This document shows, piece by piece, positions 41,690 to 54,737 of a stretch of DNA of 64,000 nt. This DNA comes from the human T2T-CHM13v2.0 reference genome, Homo sapiens. Position numbers and translations under genes: made by a program. Each line of letters opens with the position of its first letter. The first letter of the stretch is position 1. The notes under the pieces are model-generated. The model did not search any database. It was not told the DNA's origin and saw only the letters and a list, made by a program, of their open reading frames with translations. Location: NCBI GenBank assembly GCA_009914755.4, contig CP068257.2, positions 19,328,001 to 19,392,000 on the forward strand, given 5' to 3'.

Positions 41690-42322
41690 TGTTACCAGAA
41701 AGGGGTCCCAGTCCAGAACCTGAGAGAGGATTCTTGGATCTTGCACAAGAAAGAATTCAGGGCAAGTCCATAGAGTAAAGTGAAAGCAACTTTATTAGGA
41801 AAGTAAAGGAATAAAAGAATGGCTACTTCATAGGCAGAGCAACCCTGAGGTCTGCTGGTTGCCCATTTTTTGTTCTTCATTATATGCTAAACGAGTGGTG
41901 GATCATTCATGAATTTTCTGGGAAAGGGGTGGGCAATTCCTGAAACTGAAGGTTCCTCTCCTTTTTAGATGATATAAGGTAACTTCCACAAGTTTCCATG
42001 ACATCTGTAAACTATTATGGTGCTGGTGGGAGTGTCTTTTAGCATGTGAATGCGTTGTAACTAAGGTACTATGAGCTGTGAGGATGACCAGAGGTCACTC
42101 TTGTGGCCATCTCGGTTTTGGTAGGTTTTGGCCGGGTTCTCTACTGCAGCCTGTTTTATCAGCAAGGTCTTTATGACCTGTATCTCGTGCCAACCTCCTA
42201 TCTCATCCTGTGACTTAGAATGCCTAATCATCTGGGAATGCAGTCCCGTAGGTCTTGGCCTTATTTTACCCAGATGCTATTCAAGATGGAGTTGCTGTGA
42301 TTCAGACGCCTCTGACGTTTCT
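41690..42322 (+). mobile_element. MER41-type ERV1 solo LTR
   Basis: tgttaccagaaaggggtcccagtccagaacctgagagaggattcttggatcttgcacaagaaagaattcagggcaagtccatagagtaaagtgaaagcaactttattaggaaagtaaaggaataaaagaatggctacttcataggcagagcaaccctgaggtctgctggttgcccatttt...gtcactcttgtggccatctcggttttggtaggttttggccgggttctctactgcagcctgttttatcagcaaggtctttatgacctgtatctcgtgccaacctcctatctcatcctgtgacttagaatgcct... This tracks the MER41 consensus as I recall it. Confidence 0.7.
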
Positions 42323-44269
42323 AATACTAGGCTTTCTGATTATTTTTATATCCATTCTCTCACTTAATTTTTCTCTGATTATCATTCTCTACTAATCACT
42401 GCCTGAAGAGAGCAGTTGAGTTTCTATGTTCTAGCAGTAACTTTGTAAGTATCATGCATGAGAGAAATGCCAAGAACAGATTATGTGAAGATTAATATAT
42501 ACAGTGAGGTATGTCCCATATACTTTGATCAATGACATTTACGTGCTTTTGATTAAAAAAAATTACTTACTTAGATAAATCACTTATAACTTTCTGATAC
42601 AAGCTGAAATTAAGCACATTTTTAATCTTGTTCGCTCTTTATCATACTATTTAGCATAGAAAAACTGGCTTCATGCTACTTATTCTATAGATTACACACT
42701 AATCTTTACACCAGGTAAAACTTGTGAATCATCAAAGGGTAAGAATTATACTATGGTAATATTTTTGAATGTATATACGATATGTTGTGGGACATATTAA
42801 TTGACAAAACACTTATAGTCCATTTTAATTTATCTAATGAAGCCCCACAGTTATCCTGAAAGGTAGATAGTATTTCTGATTTAGAATAGGATAATAAACT
42901 TCAAAAAGGTGAAATTACTTGCCCAAATAGAATGCTTTAAAAAATGGTAGGGCCAGACTTGATATAAATATTTTACTTTAGATACAGCATATATTCCTGT
43001 TATGTTTCTGGTTTTACTTAAAGGTTTGTTTTACTCACATCCATGAAGCAGTTACCAAAAATTACTTCTTGGTATGAAACATATTTAATATCATTATGTT
43101 CTTCAGAGTTTACTTTTGGACTGGGTTTATAAGATGCCATTAATTTTAATTGGAGATCTACCTTTTGTTTGAAATATTTGGGAGTGTTTGACTTAGAACT
43201 GTTAATACTTTTGCCTTGTATTCATTGAACAATCCTATTCTCTCAGCCTCATTGCTCATTACTATGCACACCAGTTCATTCAACAAATATTCATTAATTT
43301 GTATCAGTCATTGTTAAAGGCTTTGAGGAGCCAATCAAAGATGAGATAATATACCTGAATTCTGCACTTCAAACTTACGGTACTTTACTGTGACCTTCCA
43401 TGTGAACTCCATGGGAGCAAGAATGCCTTTCCCTGCTAGTGTCCCATTAAATGCAATGTACTTGAATAGAGAGAATAGAGAGTTTGCTGTAAATTCATAT
43501 GTGTATTCCTAGAACATGGTAGAAGCCCGGCAAATATGTGCTGAATGCATATTTAAATATTACCCGGCAGAAGCCAAATTGACTGATTTTAAAAAGCATA
43601 TTTACTTTTGCCTTTGTATAATGATTTGTTTTGTTGAAAATACATGATATGTTGGCCTGTGTGTTTATTTCACACATTTTGTTTACATCACTGACATGCA
43701 TATAGGAGATCTTCCATAAATATATGAACGTCTATAAAATAATAAAGTCACAGTTATTATCTAATTCAGGAGGAATAACAAGGATGAATCACCTTATCCC
43801 TGGTCTTATGTCCTCACTGAAAATTAATTAGGCTTGGAATAGAGAAAACTGAAATCGTTCTGTAAGATTTGTTCTTTTGAAGCCTTATCTGAGGCATAGG
43901 AGATGGTTATATAGTTGGGGTCTCAAAACTGTTCAATATATATATTGAAATATATAAATAAATGAGGGGGATATAATATCTTGATAAAGGTATAATTAAC
44001 TAGATTAGATATGGTCAATAGTAAATGTCTGCTGTGTCGATAAAGCAAGTATTTAATGTCCTCAAAATCAAGATAATCCCCCATAGTTAATTAAAAGTTG
44101 ATTATTCATTCTATTGTTATTGGAAACCAATTCTGAACTGTATGTATGGTAAGAGAAGTGAGAAAATACTTGTTTTATCTTAGTTTTTAAGAGATACTTT
44201 AATGTTTTCTCTGTTTTAAAAAGATGAAATTTCATTTAACCTCAAAAATCCTCCTTTGGCCTCTGATAG

Positions 44270-44270
<1 letters not shown>

Positions 44271-44321
<51 letters not shown>
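44271..44321. repeat. (TG)25 dinucleotide microsatellite (intron 1)
   Basis: Uninterrupted tgtgtg... run. Confidence 0.95.
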
Positions 44322-44324
<3 letters not shown>

Positions 44325-45867
44325 AATGATTTTTGTGGTGTTCTCTAGGTCCAACTTCAGTGATAAAAGCATTTAAGTTTATTGGATGGAGTACATTTTT
44401 GGATACCCCAGAAAATCTTTATCACCTATTTATCTGTGTGCCTGCCATTTATCTATTAATGTTACCATTATTATATATGATGCTTTTAACTGGAAACACA
44501 GTTTGCAATTAAAGAAATTACTAGTGCTTCTGATTTATCTATTTTTACTTTTATCTCCCTCCTAAAGTTTACATATAATCACTTTAATTGGTAATCTAGA
44601 TGAGTTATTTTATTTCAAAGCCCCCTCATACACGCTATGTTAATGCATTTTACCTCTGTGTGGATTGCAGGTGGTTTGCAATTTAAGAACAAAACTTAAC
44701 CTAGGTTGTTCAATGGCTTATGAAGGCCTATGTGCTTTATAAAAACCTTCACCACCACATCCAAAATGGATATGAAATGTTCAACTTTACTGTGCTCGTG
44801 TTATTAAAATAACACTTCTTAGTACACAATTAAGAGCTATTATGCAATACCCTAAGTTGTTAATGTATTTTTGCTTTCAAGTCCCTGTATCATTTTTATT
44901 TTAATGAAACATTTTATGAAAAATAGCCTCCTTCCTACACTGTGCATTAATACAGCGATTGTTTGATGAACAGTGACTTCTTTAATCAGGAAATACCTCT
45001 TTCTTACTAGGAAAATCAAAGGATTAAACTATTGACTATGGGAGGAAAGAGGACTTTGTGATTAGTCAAGTTTCACTTGAGCTTTCCTGCTCAGCTGCCT
45101 CTCACTCCCATGCCTTTTACCTCATTTTAAAGTCTCTAAGTCTCAGGTGATGGACATGGATGTGGATGTGTGATGGAAGAAGATAAATCTTTATAAGTGT
45201 AAAGTGTCATTACTAATTAGAACTCCGAAACACATTCTAACCTCCCAGTAGAAACGCATGCAGGGAGCTGAGGTTGAATGATAAAGGGAAGTGAATACTC
45301 AAAGACTAATCACTGTTTTGTTTCAGGGAGGATAATTCATCACCTAAAGGGGAATGGGAATGTGGGTGGTTGTGTTAGAAGGGCGAAGAGCTTGGATAAA
45401 ATCTAATATAGTTTCATGCATACAGGGGAGAAAAAGATACCCAGAATGTATAGAATGATTATAGGCAGCCTTGTTTCCTTAATGATCAGTGTGTAGTTTT
45501 AAGTATTTGATGAATTAATTGAATGAAAGAAGGAAACCTGCCATTTACTCTGCAGGGTTTTTTTTTTCTTTTTTTCCATAGGGATTACATCATTTTTAAA
45601 TTCAAAGCATGTAGGACATCTGAACTATTATTTTAGAGATGAGGGAACTGATTTTCATAAAAGATATGTAGCATCTAATAAGGGAAGGATCTGATATTCA
45701 AATTCAGGAATATCTGATTCTAAAATGATGCTCATTTCACTGATGGAAACATAGTCCCTTGAAGAAACGAGGAGTTGCAGAAGGAAAAAGACAAGCACTA
45801 GGAGTAGTTCTAGCTTCAGGTTTTTATCATTTTTTTCTGGCCAATTCTCCCCCCGCCTCCCACCCAG

Positions 45868-46105
45868 CTGTATAATACATATATTTACAGTATATGGCAT
45901 GATTTTTTGACGTACGTATGTATTGTGAAATTATTATATCAAGCTAAGTATCTATCGCCTTATATAGTTATTTCTGTTGTTGTTAGAACATCTAAGATCT
46001 AGTCTCTTAGCAATGTCCAGGTATACAATACATTTTTAACTATAGTCACCGTGCCATGCAGTACATCTTCAGAACTTATTCAACAGAATGAAAAGACTAA
46101 CTATG
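45868..46105 (-). mobile_element. L1 3'-end fragment (L1M/L1PB-type 3' UTR), antisense
   Basis: ...gtattgtgaaattattatatcaagctaagtatctatcgcc...gaacatctaagatctagtctcttagcaatgtccaggtatacaatacatttttaactatagtcaccgtgccatgcagtacatcttcagaacttattc is the reverse complement of the old-L1 3' UTR (…ggggatctaatgtacagcatggtgactatagttaataat…gctaagagagtagatcttaagtgttc…). Confidence 0.7.
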
Positions 46106-46770
46106 GAATGGGAGAATATATTTGTAAACTATACCTCTGATAAGGGGTTAATATCCAAAATATATAAGTAGTTCAGATAACTGAATATCAAGAAAACAAA
46201 TAACCCAATTTAAAAAAAGGGGGCCAAACAACTGAGTAGATATCTTCTAGAAGCTGACATATATATGGTCAAAGGCGTACAAAAAAATGCTCAACATTGG
46301 TTTTCAAGGAAATGCAAATTAAAAACCATAAGGAGATATCACCTCACACCTGGTAGATTGTCTGTTATAAAAAAGACAAAATCTAATGTTGGTGAGGAGA
46401 ACAGAGAAGCTTCGTGCATTGTTTTGGGGAATAGAAATTAGTACAGACATTATGGCAAATAGTATGGAGGTTCCATAAAAATGAAAAAATGGAAATGCCA
46501 TATCATTGGTTCATTGCTTTTGAATGGCCAAATCCAGGTTAGTGACTGCCAGTTGGTAAACGAGTAACTCTTTTAGAGACTTAAAATATTAATAAGCATG
46601 GAGAACTAGCAGGATTTAGAGATAATAGGGTGGGGTTTAGAGTGGTTGTAAGGTGGGGAAACTCGATTGTTTAGATTAGTGTAATTCATTAAGAACTACA
46701 TAACATTAATATTTAAATATGAGCTGTATCTTTAAATGGCTTTTCTTATTGTGAATCACTACAATGATCA
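46105..46770 (+). mobile_element. L1 fragment (ORF2 C-terminal region into 3' UTR), sense, diverged
   Basis: tatggaatgggagaatatatttgtaaactatacctctgataaggggttaatatccaaaatatataag...cccaatttaaaaaaagggggccaaacaactgagtagatatcttc...tacaaaaaaatgctcaacattggttttcaaggaaatgcaaattaaaaaccataaggagatatcacctcacacctggtagattg... corresponds to L1 ORF2 ...YEKMLNIT.HQGNANQNHNEIPLHT... region. Confidence 0.75.
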
Positions 46771-47899
46771 ATAATTTAGTAAGCCGTCAGTCTGTGGATG
46801 ACTTACTGAATATTATCATAGTGAAATTACATCAGTTTAGGATGCTTTTAGGGGCAAAGAAGAGAAGGACAAATTCAAAATGGCTTAAAAATAATCTATT
46901 ATAGCACAGGAAAGGCCATATAGAGGTAGGTTTTAATTTCATATTTCTACTCCTGGTTTTGCTGTTTTTACTTGGCTTTGTGGAAGAAACTTGTCTTCAG
47001 CAACTCAAAGCATCACATACTTATGCACTTACCTGAAGTTGGGAAATAAAGAAATATAGGCGCAGTTTATTTTATTGTGTTTCCTTTTATTGCATTTCAC
47101 AGATACTGCATTTTTTTTACAACTCGAATGTCTGTGGCCCCCCTGTGTCAAGCAAATCTATCGGCCTCATTTTTCTGATAGCATATGCTCTCCTTGGGTC
47201 TCTGTGTCACATTTAGGTAACTGGCAATATTTCAAACATTTTATTATTATTATGTCTTTATGGTGATCTGTTATCATTGATCGTTGATGTTACAATTGTA
47301 ATTATCTTAGGGTACCTCAAAGCATACCCACATAATGACAAACTTAATCAATTTATAAGTGTCGTGTATACTCTGACTGCTCCACTGACTGGCTGTTTCC
47401 TGGTATTTGTCCCTCTCTTCAGACCTTCCATTCCCTGAGACACAACAATATTGAAATTAGGCCAATAAATTAACCCTACAATGGCCCCTAAATATTCAAG
47501 TCAAAAGACGGGTCACAGGTCTCTCCCTTAAAATCAAAAGTTAGAAATAATTAAGTTTAGTGAGGAAGGCATATTGAAAGCCAAAATAGGCCAAAAGCTA
47601 GGCCTCCTGTGCCGGTTAACCAAATTATGAATGCAGAAAACACAATTACTGAAGGAAATTTAAAAAGCCACTCCAGTGAATACACAAATAAGAAAGCAAA
47701 GCAACCTTATTGCTTATATGGAGAAAGTTTTACTGGTTTGGATAGAAGAGCAAACTAGCCACAATATTCTCTTAAACCAAAGCGTAATCCAGAGAAAGGT
47801 CCTAATACTCCAGTTCTGTGGAGGCTGAATTGGAGAGGTGAGGCGAGACAGGTGAGGAAGCTACAGAAGAAAAGTTGGAAGCAAGCATAAATTAGTTCA

Positions 47900-48301
<402 letters not shown>

Positions 48302-48566
48302 TTATTCAGAAATTCTAGTTAACATAGTTGATGAAGGCAGGACTACACTAAACAACAGAATTTTAATATAGAAGAAACAGCCTTCTATTGTCAGATGATA
48401 CTATCTAGAAGTTTCTTAGCTAGAGAAGAGAAGTCAATGCTTGGCTTCAAAGTTGCAAAGGACAGGCTGGCTTTCTTCTTAGGGAATAATACAGCTGGTG
48501 ACTAAGCTGAAGGCAATGCCCATTTGCTATTCTTATAGTCCTAGCGTCCTTAAGAATTACGCTATG

Positions 48567-48853
<287 letters not shown>

Positions 48854-50026
48854 CTATTCTGACTGTGCTCTACAAATGAAACAAAAAGCTGGGATGACAG
48901 CACATCTGTTTACAACATGATTTACTGAATATTGTAAGCTCACTGTAGGGACCTACTTCTCAGAAAAGAAAAAAGTTCCCTTCAAAATATTACTGCTAAT
49001 TGACAATGCCTCTGCTCAATCAAGAGCTGTCGTGGAGATTTACAAAAAGATCAACATTGTTTTTATGCCTACTAACACAACATTCATTCTGTAGCTCAGG
49101 GATCAAGGAGTAATTTTGACTCTTGCTCTTATTCTTTAAGAAATATATTTCATAAGGCTATAGCTGCCATCGGTAATGATTCCTCTAATGGATCTGGGCA
49201 AAGTCAATTGAAAACCTTCTGGAAATTCACCATTCTAGATGCCATTAAGAACATTTGTGGTTCACGGGAGGAGGTCACATGTCAACATTAATAGGAGTTT
49301 GGAAGTTATTCCTCGTATTTCTCCATCCTCATGGATGGCCGAGGTTCAAGACTTCGGCAGAAGTAGTAACTGCAGATCTGATGGAAAGAGGAAGAGAAAT
49401 AGATTAGAAGTGGAGCTTGAAGATGGGACTGAAATTCTGCAATCTCATGACAAAACTTGAATGGATGAGAAGTTATTAGCTTCTTATGGGTAAGCAAGGA
49501 AAGTGATTTCTTGAGATGGAATCTAATTCTGGTGAAGATGTTCTGAACCTTATTGAAATATAAACATTATTTAGAATATTACATACACTTAGTTAATAAA
49601 ACAGTCAGAGGGTTTGAGAAGATTGACTTCAATTTTGAAAAGCATTCTACTGTAGGTCAAACACGATCAAACAATATTGCATGCTACAGAGAAGTACGTT
49701 AGGAAAGGAAGAGCCGATTGAAAACACCGGACATCATTGTTGTGTTATTTTGAGAAATTGCCACAGTCACTTCAACCTTGAGCAAACCCCTACCCTGATC
49801 AGGAAGTAACCATTTACATGGAGGCAAGACCCTCTACCAGCTAAAGGATTAGGACCCACTGAAGGCTTAGATGATCCTTCACTCTTTTTTAGCAATAAAA
49901 CATTTTTAAATTAATGTATGGACATTTTTAGACATCATTCTGTTGCACACTTAATAGACTAGTATAAATACAACTTTTACATGCCCTGGAAAACCAAAAA
50001 AAATTGTGTTACTTAGTTTATTGTGA

Positions 50027-50408
<382 letters not shown>

Positions 50409-51540
50409 GCCTGTATTTCTTTAGTTGATTTTCTTTGGAGGAAAAATCCCCTTACCCTGTGTTGTCTAGCCAACTTCCCTCAATACTCATTGGCTATAAT
50501 CATTTCATATGATCACTCCTAAATTAATTGGTGGTGAGGAGAATGACATTAACATGATTTCCTTTCCCGAATCAACTCCCTTTTGCTGATGGGAAGATCT
50601 GCCTCCCTCGAAGTACATGACTGGCCAATCAAATGACGTGTCCATCTTGCAAGGAAGAATGAAGGATCGAGAATATTGTAGTCAAATATGTCTGCCGCAG
50701 GAATGTTGAAAAGACCATTTTTGACAAAGAATGCAAACAATATCAAAGCCAACGTTTATAAAGTTCTTACAGTGTACCATATTTATGCGCTTCGTATGTG
50801 TGATCTCATATGATTCTCCAAACTTTTGAGATTATCTTTTATAAATGAGGTAATGAGATTTTAAAGAGTTTAGATGACTTGCCTAACTGACAACACTGTC
50901 AGTGGCAAAGTTGGGATTTGAACTCAGTCTGATTGGCAAAAAGAGTTGTCTTCTACCAGCCAAGTTGCCATAAAAGAAAACTATGCATTGTGCATAGTTT
51001 TACTCTTGTTAAGTGTAAGAATGATAAGGTAAGGCTATTAACTTGCTTTGTGAACAGGCTATGTTCTGGGCACTTTCCAAAAAAAAAGCTGTTATGCTTG
51101 AGCTTCTTTAATACCTATATCTGCTGATATATTATTATTATTTAAAAAGGTTTTACAAATAAGGAAATTATGGGACAGAGTGATAAGTAATTTGCCGCAG
51201 GTCACGTAGCTATGAAGTGACCAAGGTGGAGTTTGAACTCAGGCTTGCTTTGCCTTTGAAGACCTGGGTGCCTCCCACTACACAGTGCTTGGGGACTATA
51301 GTCAATATATGGCAGGAGAAGGGTAATAGATTTGGAATAAACCAAAATGCATACCCTTGTCTAGTCCAACAAAAGCTTATGATATAAAAGAAGCTAACAT
51401 TTTTCAAGGTAAATATTTTTATTGTTTTTACATTCTTTTCAAGAGTATGTAGGAGAATAACATTTTCAAGTGTAAGGAGGCCTAGGAAAATATTCATATT
51501 GTTTCTGGAAGAGGAAGAATTGGTTAAACAATAGAAATGG

Positions 51541-51874
<334 letters not shown>

Positions 51875-53689
51875 CTATAGAGGGAGAAGTTGTAACTAAG
51901 AGTGGTGATTTGAAATGGACCGATGAGGCAAGTTATATATCGAAGCACGGGCGATTATGCAGACTCACTAATCCGGGTGCATGCCTCGACCAAAGTGAGC
52001 TATACTATTCCTCGCTTATGATTTCTTCCAAAAGCTGCACAGTGAATCAAAAGTTAGGGTAATACAAAATCATGGTTTGAAGCACTTGGTGTATGAAACT
52101 ATGCACGCGCTCCATAATTTCTTTTTAGGATAGCTATGCTTTTTCTTTGCCAGGCACTTGCATTAACACTGTGCAAAATAGCCAAATCTATAAAATTTTA
52201 TGTAAAATATATTTTTAAAATTTATGTAACATATATATTTGTTTGTATAGGTCTGTGTATATATATTTGTGTGTGTGTATATACTTATACACATACAGAT
52301 ATTACATATATATGCATACAGAAGCTTGGGGAAACCATTCTATGCTGTATCAAATTCTTTCAATGCTCTATCAAAATGTTTGCTTTATTTGTTTCATTAG
52401 TTTCATTAGTACTGAAATTCATGAATATTTTACGTTATTAGTTCTTTGCTGATTTTTGCTTCTAAGAAGCAAATGTACTTCATTCTAAAACATTGGACTC
52501 ATTATTCACACTTCGTATAACTGAAGACTAATTAGCCAGTGTTTAATTTCTCAAGACTACAAAACAATATCTGCTGTCTCCTTGTTACACAAAACGAAGA
52601 GCTAAACACCTCTCCCCACTATTTTTTCAAAGAAACTCCCAACACACAAGTATCCATAATTGATGATGTTTTCCATCAAAACATAGTCAGTGAATATAGA
52701 TAAAATCGGCATTTGGAGTATGAATGTTTTGGTTCCAGCTCAGGGACTGTAATTGAACTGCATGCGCAGACTTGAATTCTTCATTTCAGTTTCTCCAGTT
52801 TGTAATTAAAGAGATGAAGGCTGCTAAGTTTCTGATGGTGTTATACTCTGTTTTACATTGGACTGCACAACTGAATTATCACACTTCTTGTTACAGTGCT
52901 GCTGAACAAATTTAACATATTTGTAATATCACAATAAGTATTGGATCATAAAATTATAGATGCATATTCTCTTATATTTCAGTGGTCTATCATCGTGTCC
53001 CTTTTGAGAATTACTAAATAGATTATCTGCTTCTATTTCTGTTGACAGAGAACAGATTTCATTTGTGTAAAGAGCTTTTGTGAGGTATGTTGGTTCTGTT
53101 TTTCATATAAAGCATTTCCATATTTTCAGGTACTCAGGTCAACTAAGTGCACTTATTTGCAGCAAAATAAGAATGTTCAAATTAGAGAGTTTGTAGTAAC
53201 TTTATTGCTAGCAGGTTTATGGTTTTATGGAAATAAAAATATTTAGAGAGGAGCTTTCCTTTTTCTATAACTAGCATTGAATGGTTCTATTTTAAAACAA
53301 TTCTTTGATTTACTTTTACTTCTTACAGATTGGTGACACCAGTCAAAATTGTTTCTGAGGTTTTCAGAATTCACATCACGTGGTTGGTCATTGAAGTATT
53401 CTGGCTGAATGGTTGGATGCTAAATGGATTCCTGCCAGCACATGGCAGTTCCAGGCATTGAGGCCAATGACTGCTTAGTGCTGGGGTGAAACACTTTCCC
53501 ATGCACAAGTTGCTGGTGGTTTCCTGTGAATAAATTTGGATCCTGTGGCCTAAATAATTTCTTCAGCAGATAATTCAGTGTCTGTGTTTTGTTCCCAGTT
53601 CTGTTCCATGCTCAGTGAAGCCTCGCTCTGTATACTTAAATATCTAAGTATTTTTCCCTTTAGCTTCAAAGCAAACTTTTTGATAATTA

Positions 53690-53763
53690 TACCTGCAAAA
53701 ATTTTATTTTTATTTGTAGAGATGCACACTTCAAAATTTATTTTTATTTGTAGACATGCAAAC
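53690..53763. repeat. ~36-bp tandem duplication (2 copies)
   Basis: aaaattttatttttatttgtagagatgcacacttc / aaaatttatttttatttgtagacatgcaaacttc. Confidence 0.85.
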
Positions 53764-54410
53764 TTCAAAATATTCTTCCATGCCATAGGTTTTATGATGA
53801 TTAAACAGCACGGAGTTTGAGATCTGGCAGATTTGCATATAAATCTTGCTCATCCACTTGCTGGATGTGAGGTCTTCTGCAAGTCATTCAATGCTTTTCT
53901 TAAGAAAAGAATATTAAGAGTGTTCCTTAATATTTTCATCCATAGAATGAGGATAATAATATTAGTGCTATTCACAAAGTATCCAATTAATATTAGCTCT
54001 TTTCCTTAGTATTACAATAGAGCCAATTTATAATTAATTTTTTTATTATTTATTTTCCAAGCCTCCTTTAAAAAATATTCAAAGAAAATTTGGATATATC
54101 AAAAATGATGTTCCAGTAAAATGTCAGAATGTTTATCTTGAGGTAGTTATTAGCTTTGCAAAGTTACATTACCACTCTGCCACTGAATACATTCTATTCA
54201 GTTTTCGCATACTTCGCTAAGTGCCTAGGGCAGCTGATAAGTTTAGCTTTTGTGGGCTTTATGGTGTCTAGATCCTTTCTGCTTCTCTGTGTTAGCTGGG
54301 TGCTGTCGTGGTGCAGGGCTTCATAGATGAGTCAGAATGTGGAATTGAGGGTAATTACTCAGTTTATTAACTGACTAACTGCATAAATCCTGAATCCAGT
54401 ACAAACTTCA

Positions 54411-54737
54411 GTTTCTTTTCTTTTTTCTTTTCCTATTTTTATTTATTTATTCTTTTTGAGATGCTGTCTCGCACTGCTGCCTGGGCTGGAGTGCAGTGGC
54501 GTGATCTAAGTTCACTGCTACCTCTGCCTCCGGGTTCAAGTAATTCTCCTGCCTCAGCCTCCCGAGTTGCCTGGATTACAGGTGCCCACCACCAAGCCTG
54601 GCTAATTTTTGTATTTTTAGAAGAGATGGGGTTTCACCGTGTTGGCCAGGCTGGTCTCAAACTCCTGACCTCAGGTAATCCGCCCGCCTCGGCCTCCCAA
54701 AGAGCTGGGCTTACAGGCGTGAGCCACTGCACCCGGG
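54411..54737 (-). mobile_element. Alu SINE with long T-rich degenerate tail
   Basis: ...tctttttgagatgctgtctcgcactgctgcctgggctggagtgcagtggcgtgatctaagttcactgc...gcgtgagccactgcacccgg. Confidence 0.9.

Noticed and set aside
49239-49460. 73-aa ORF matching pogo/Tigger transposase C-terminus: could it be an active or domesticated transposase?
   Set aside because: It is an isolated remnant. Upstream Tigger1 coding sequence is interrupted by numerous stops and by two Alu insertions, and the peptide lacks the catalytic DDE-containing part. It is consistent with a dead Tigger1 copy, not a domesticated gene such as a TIGD family member.
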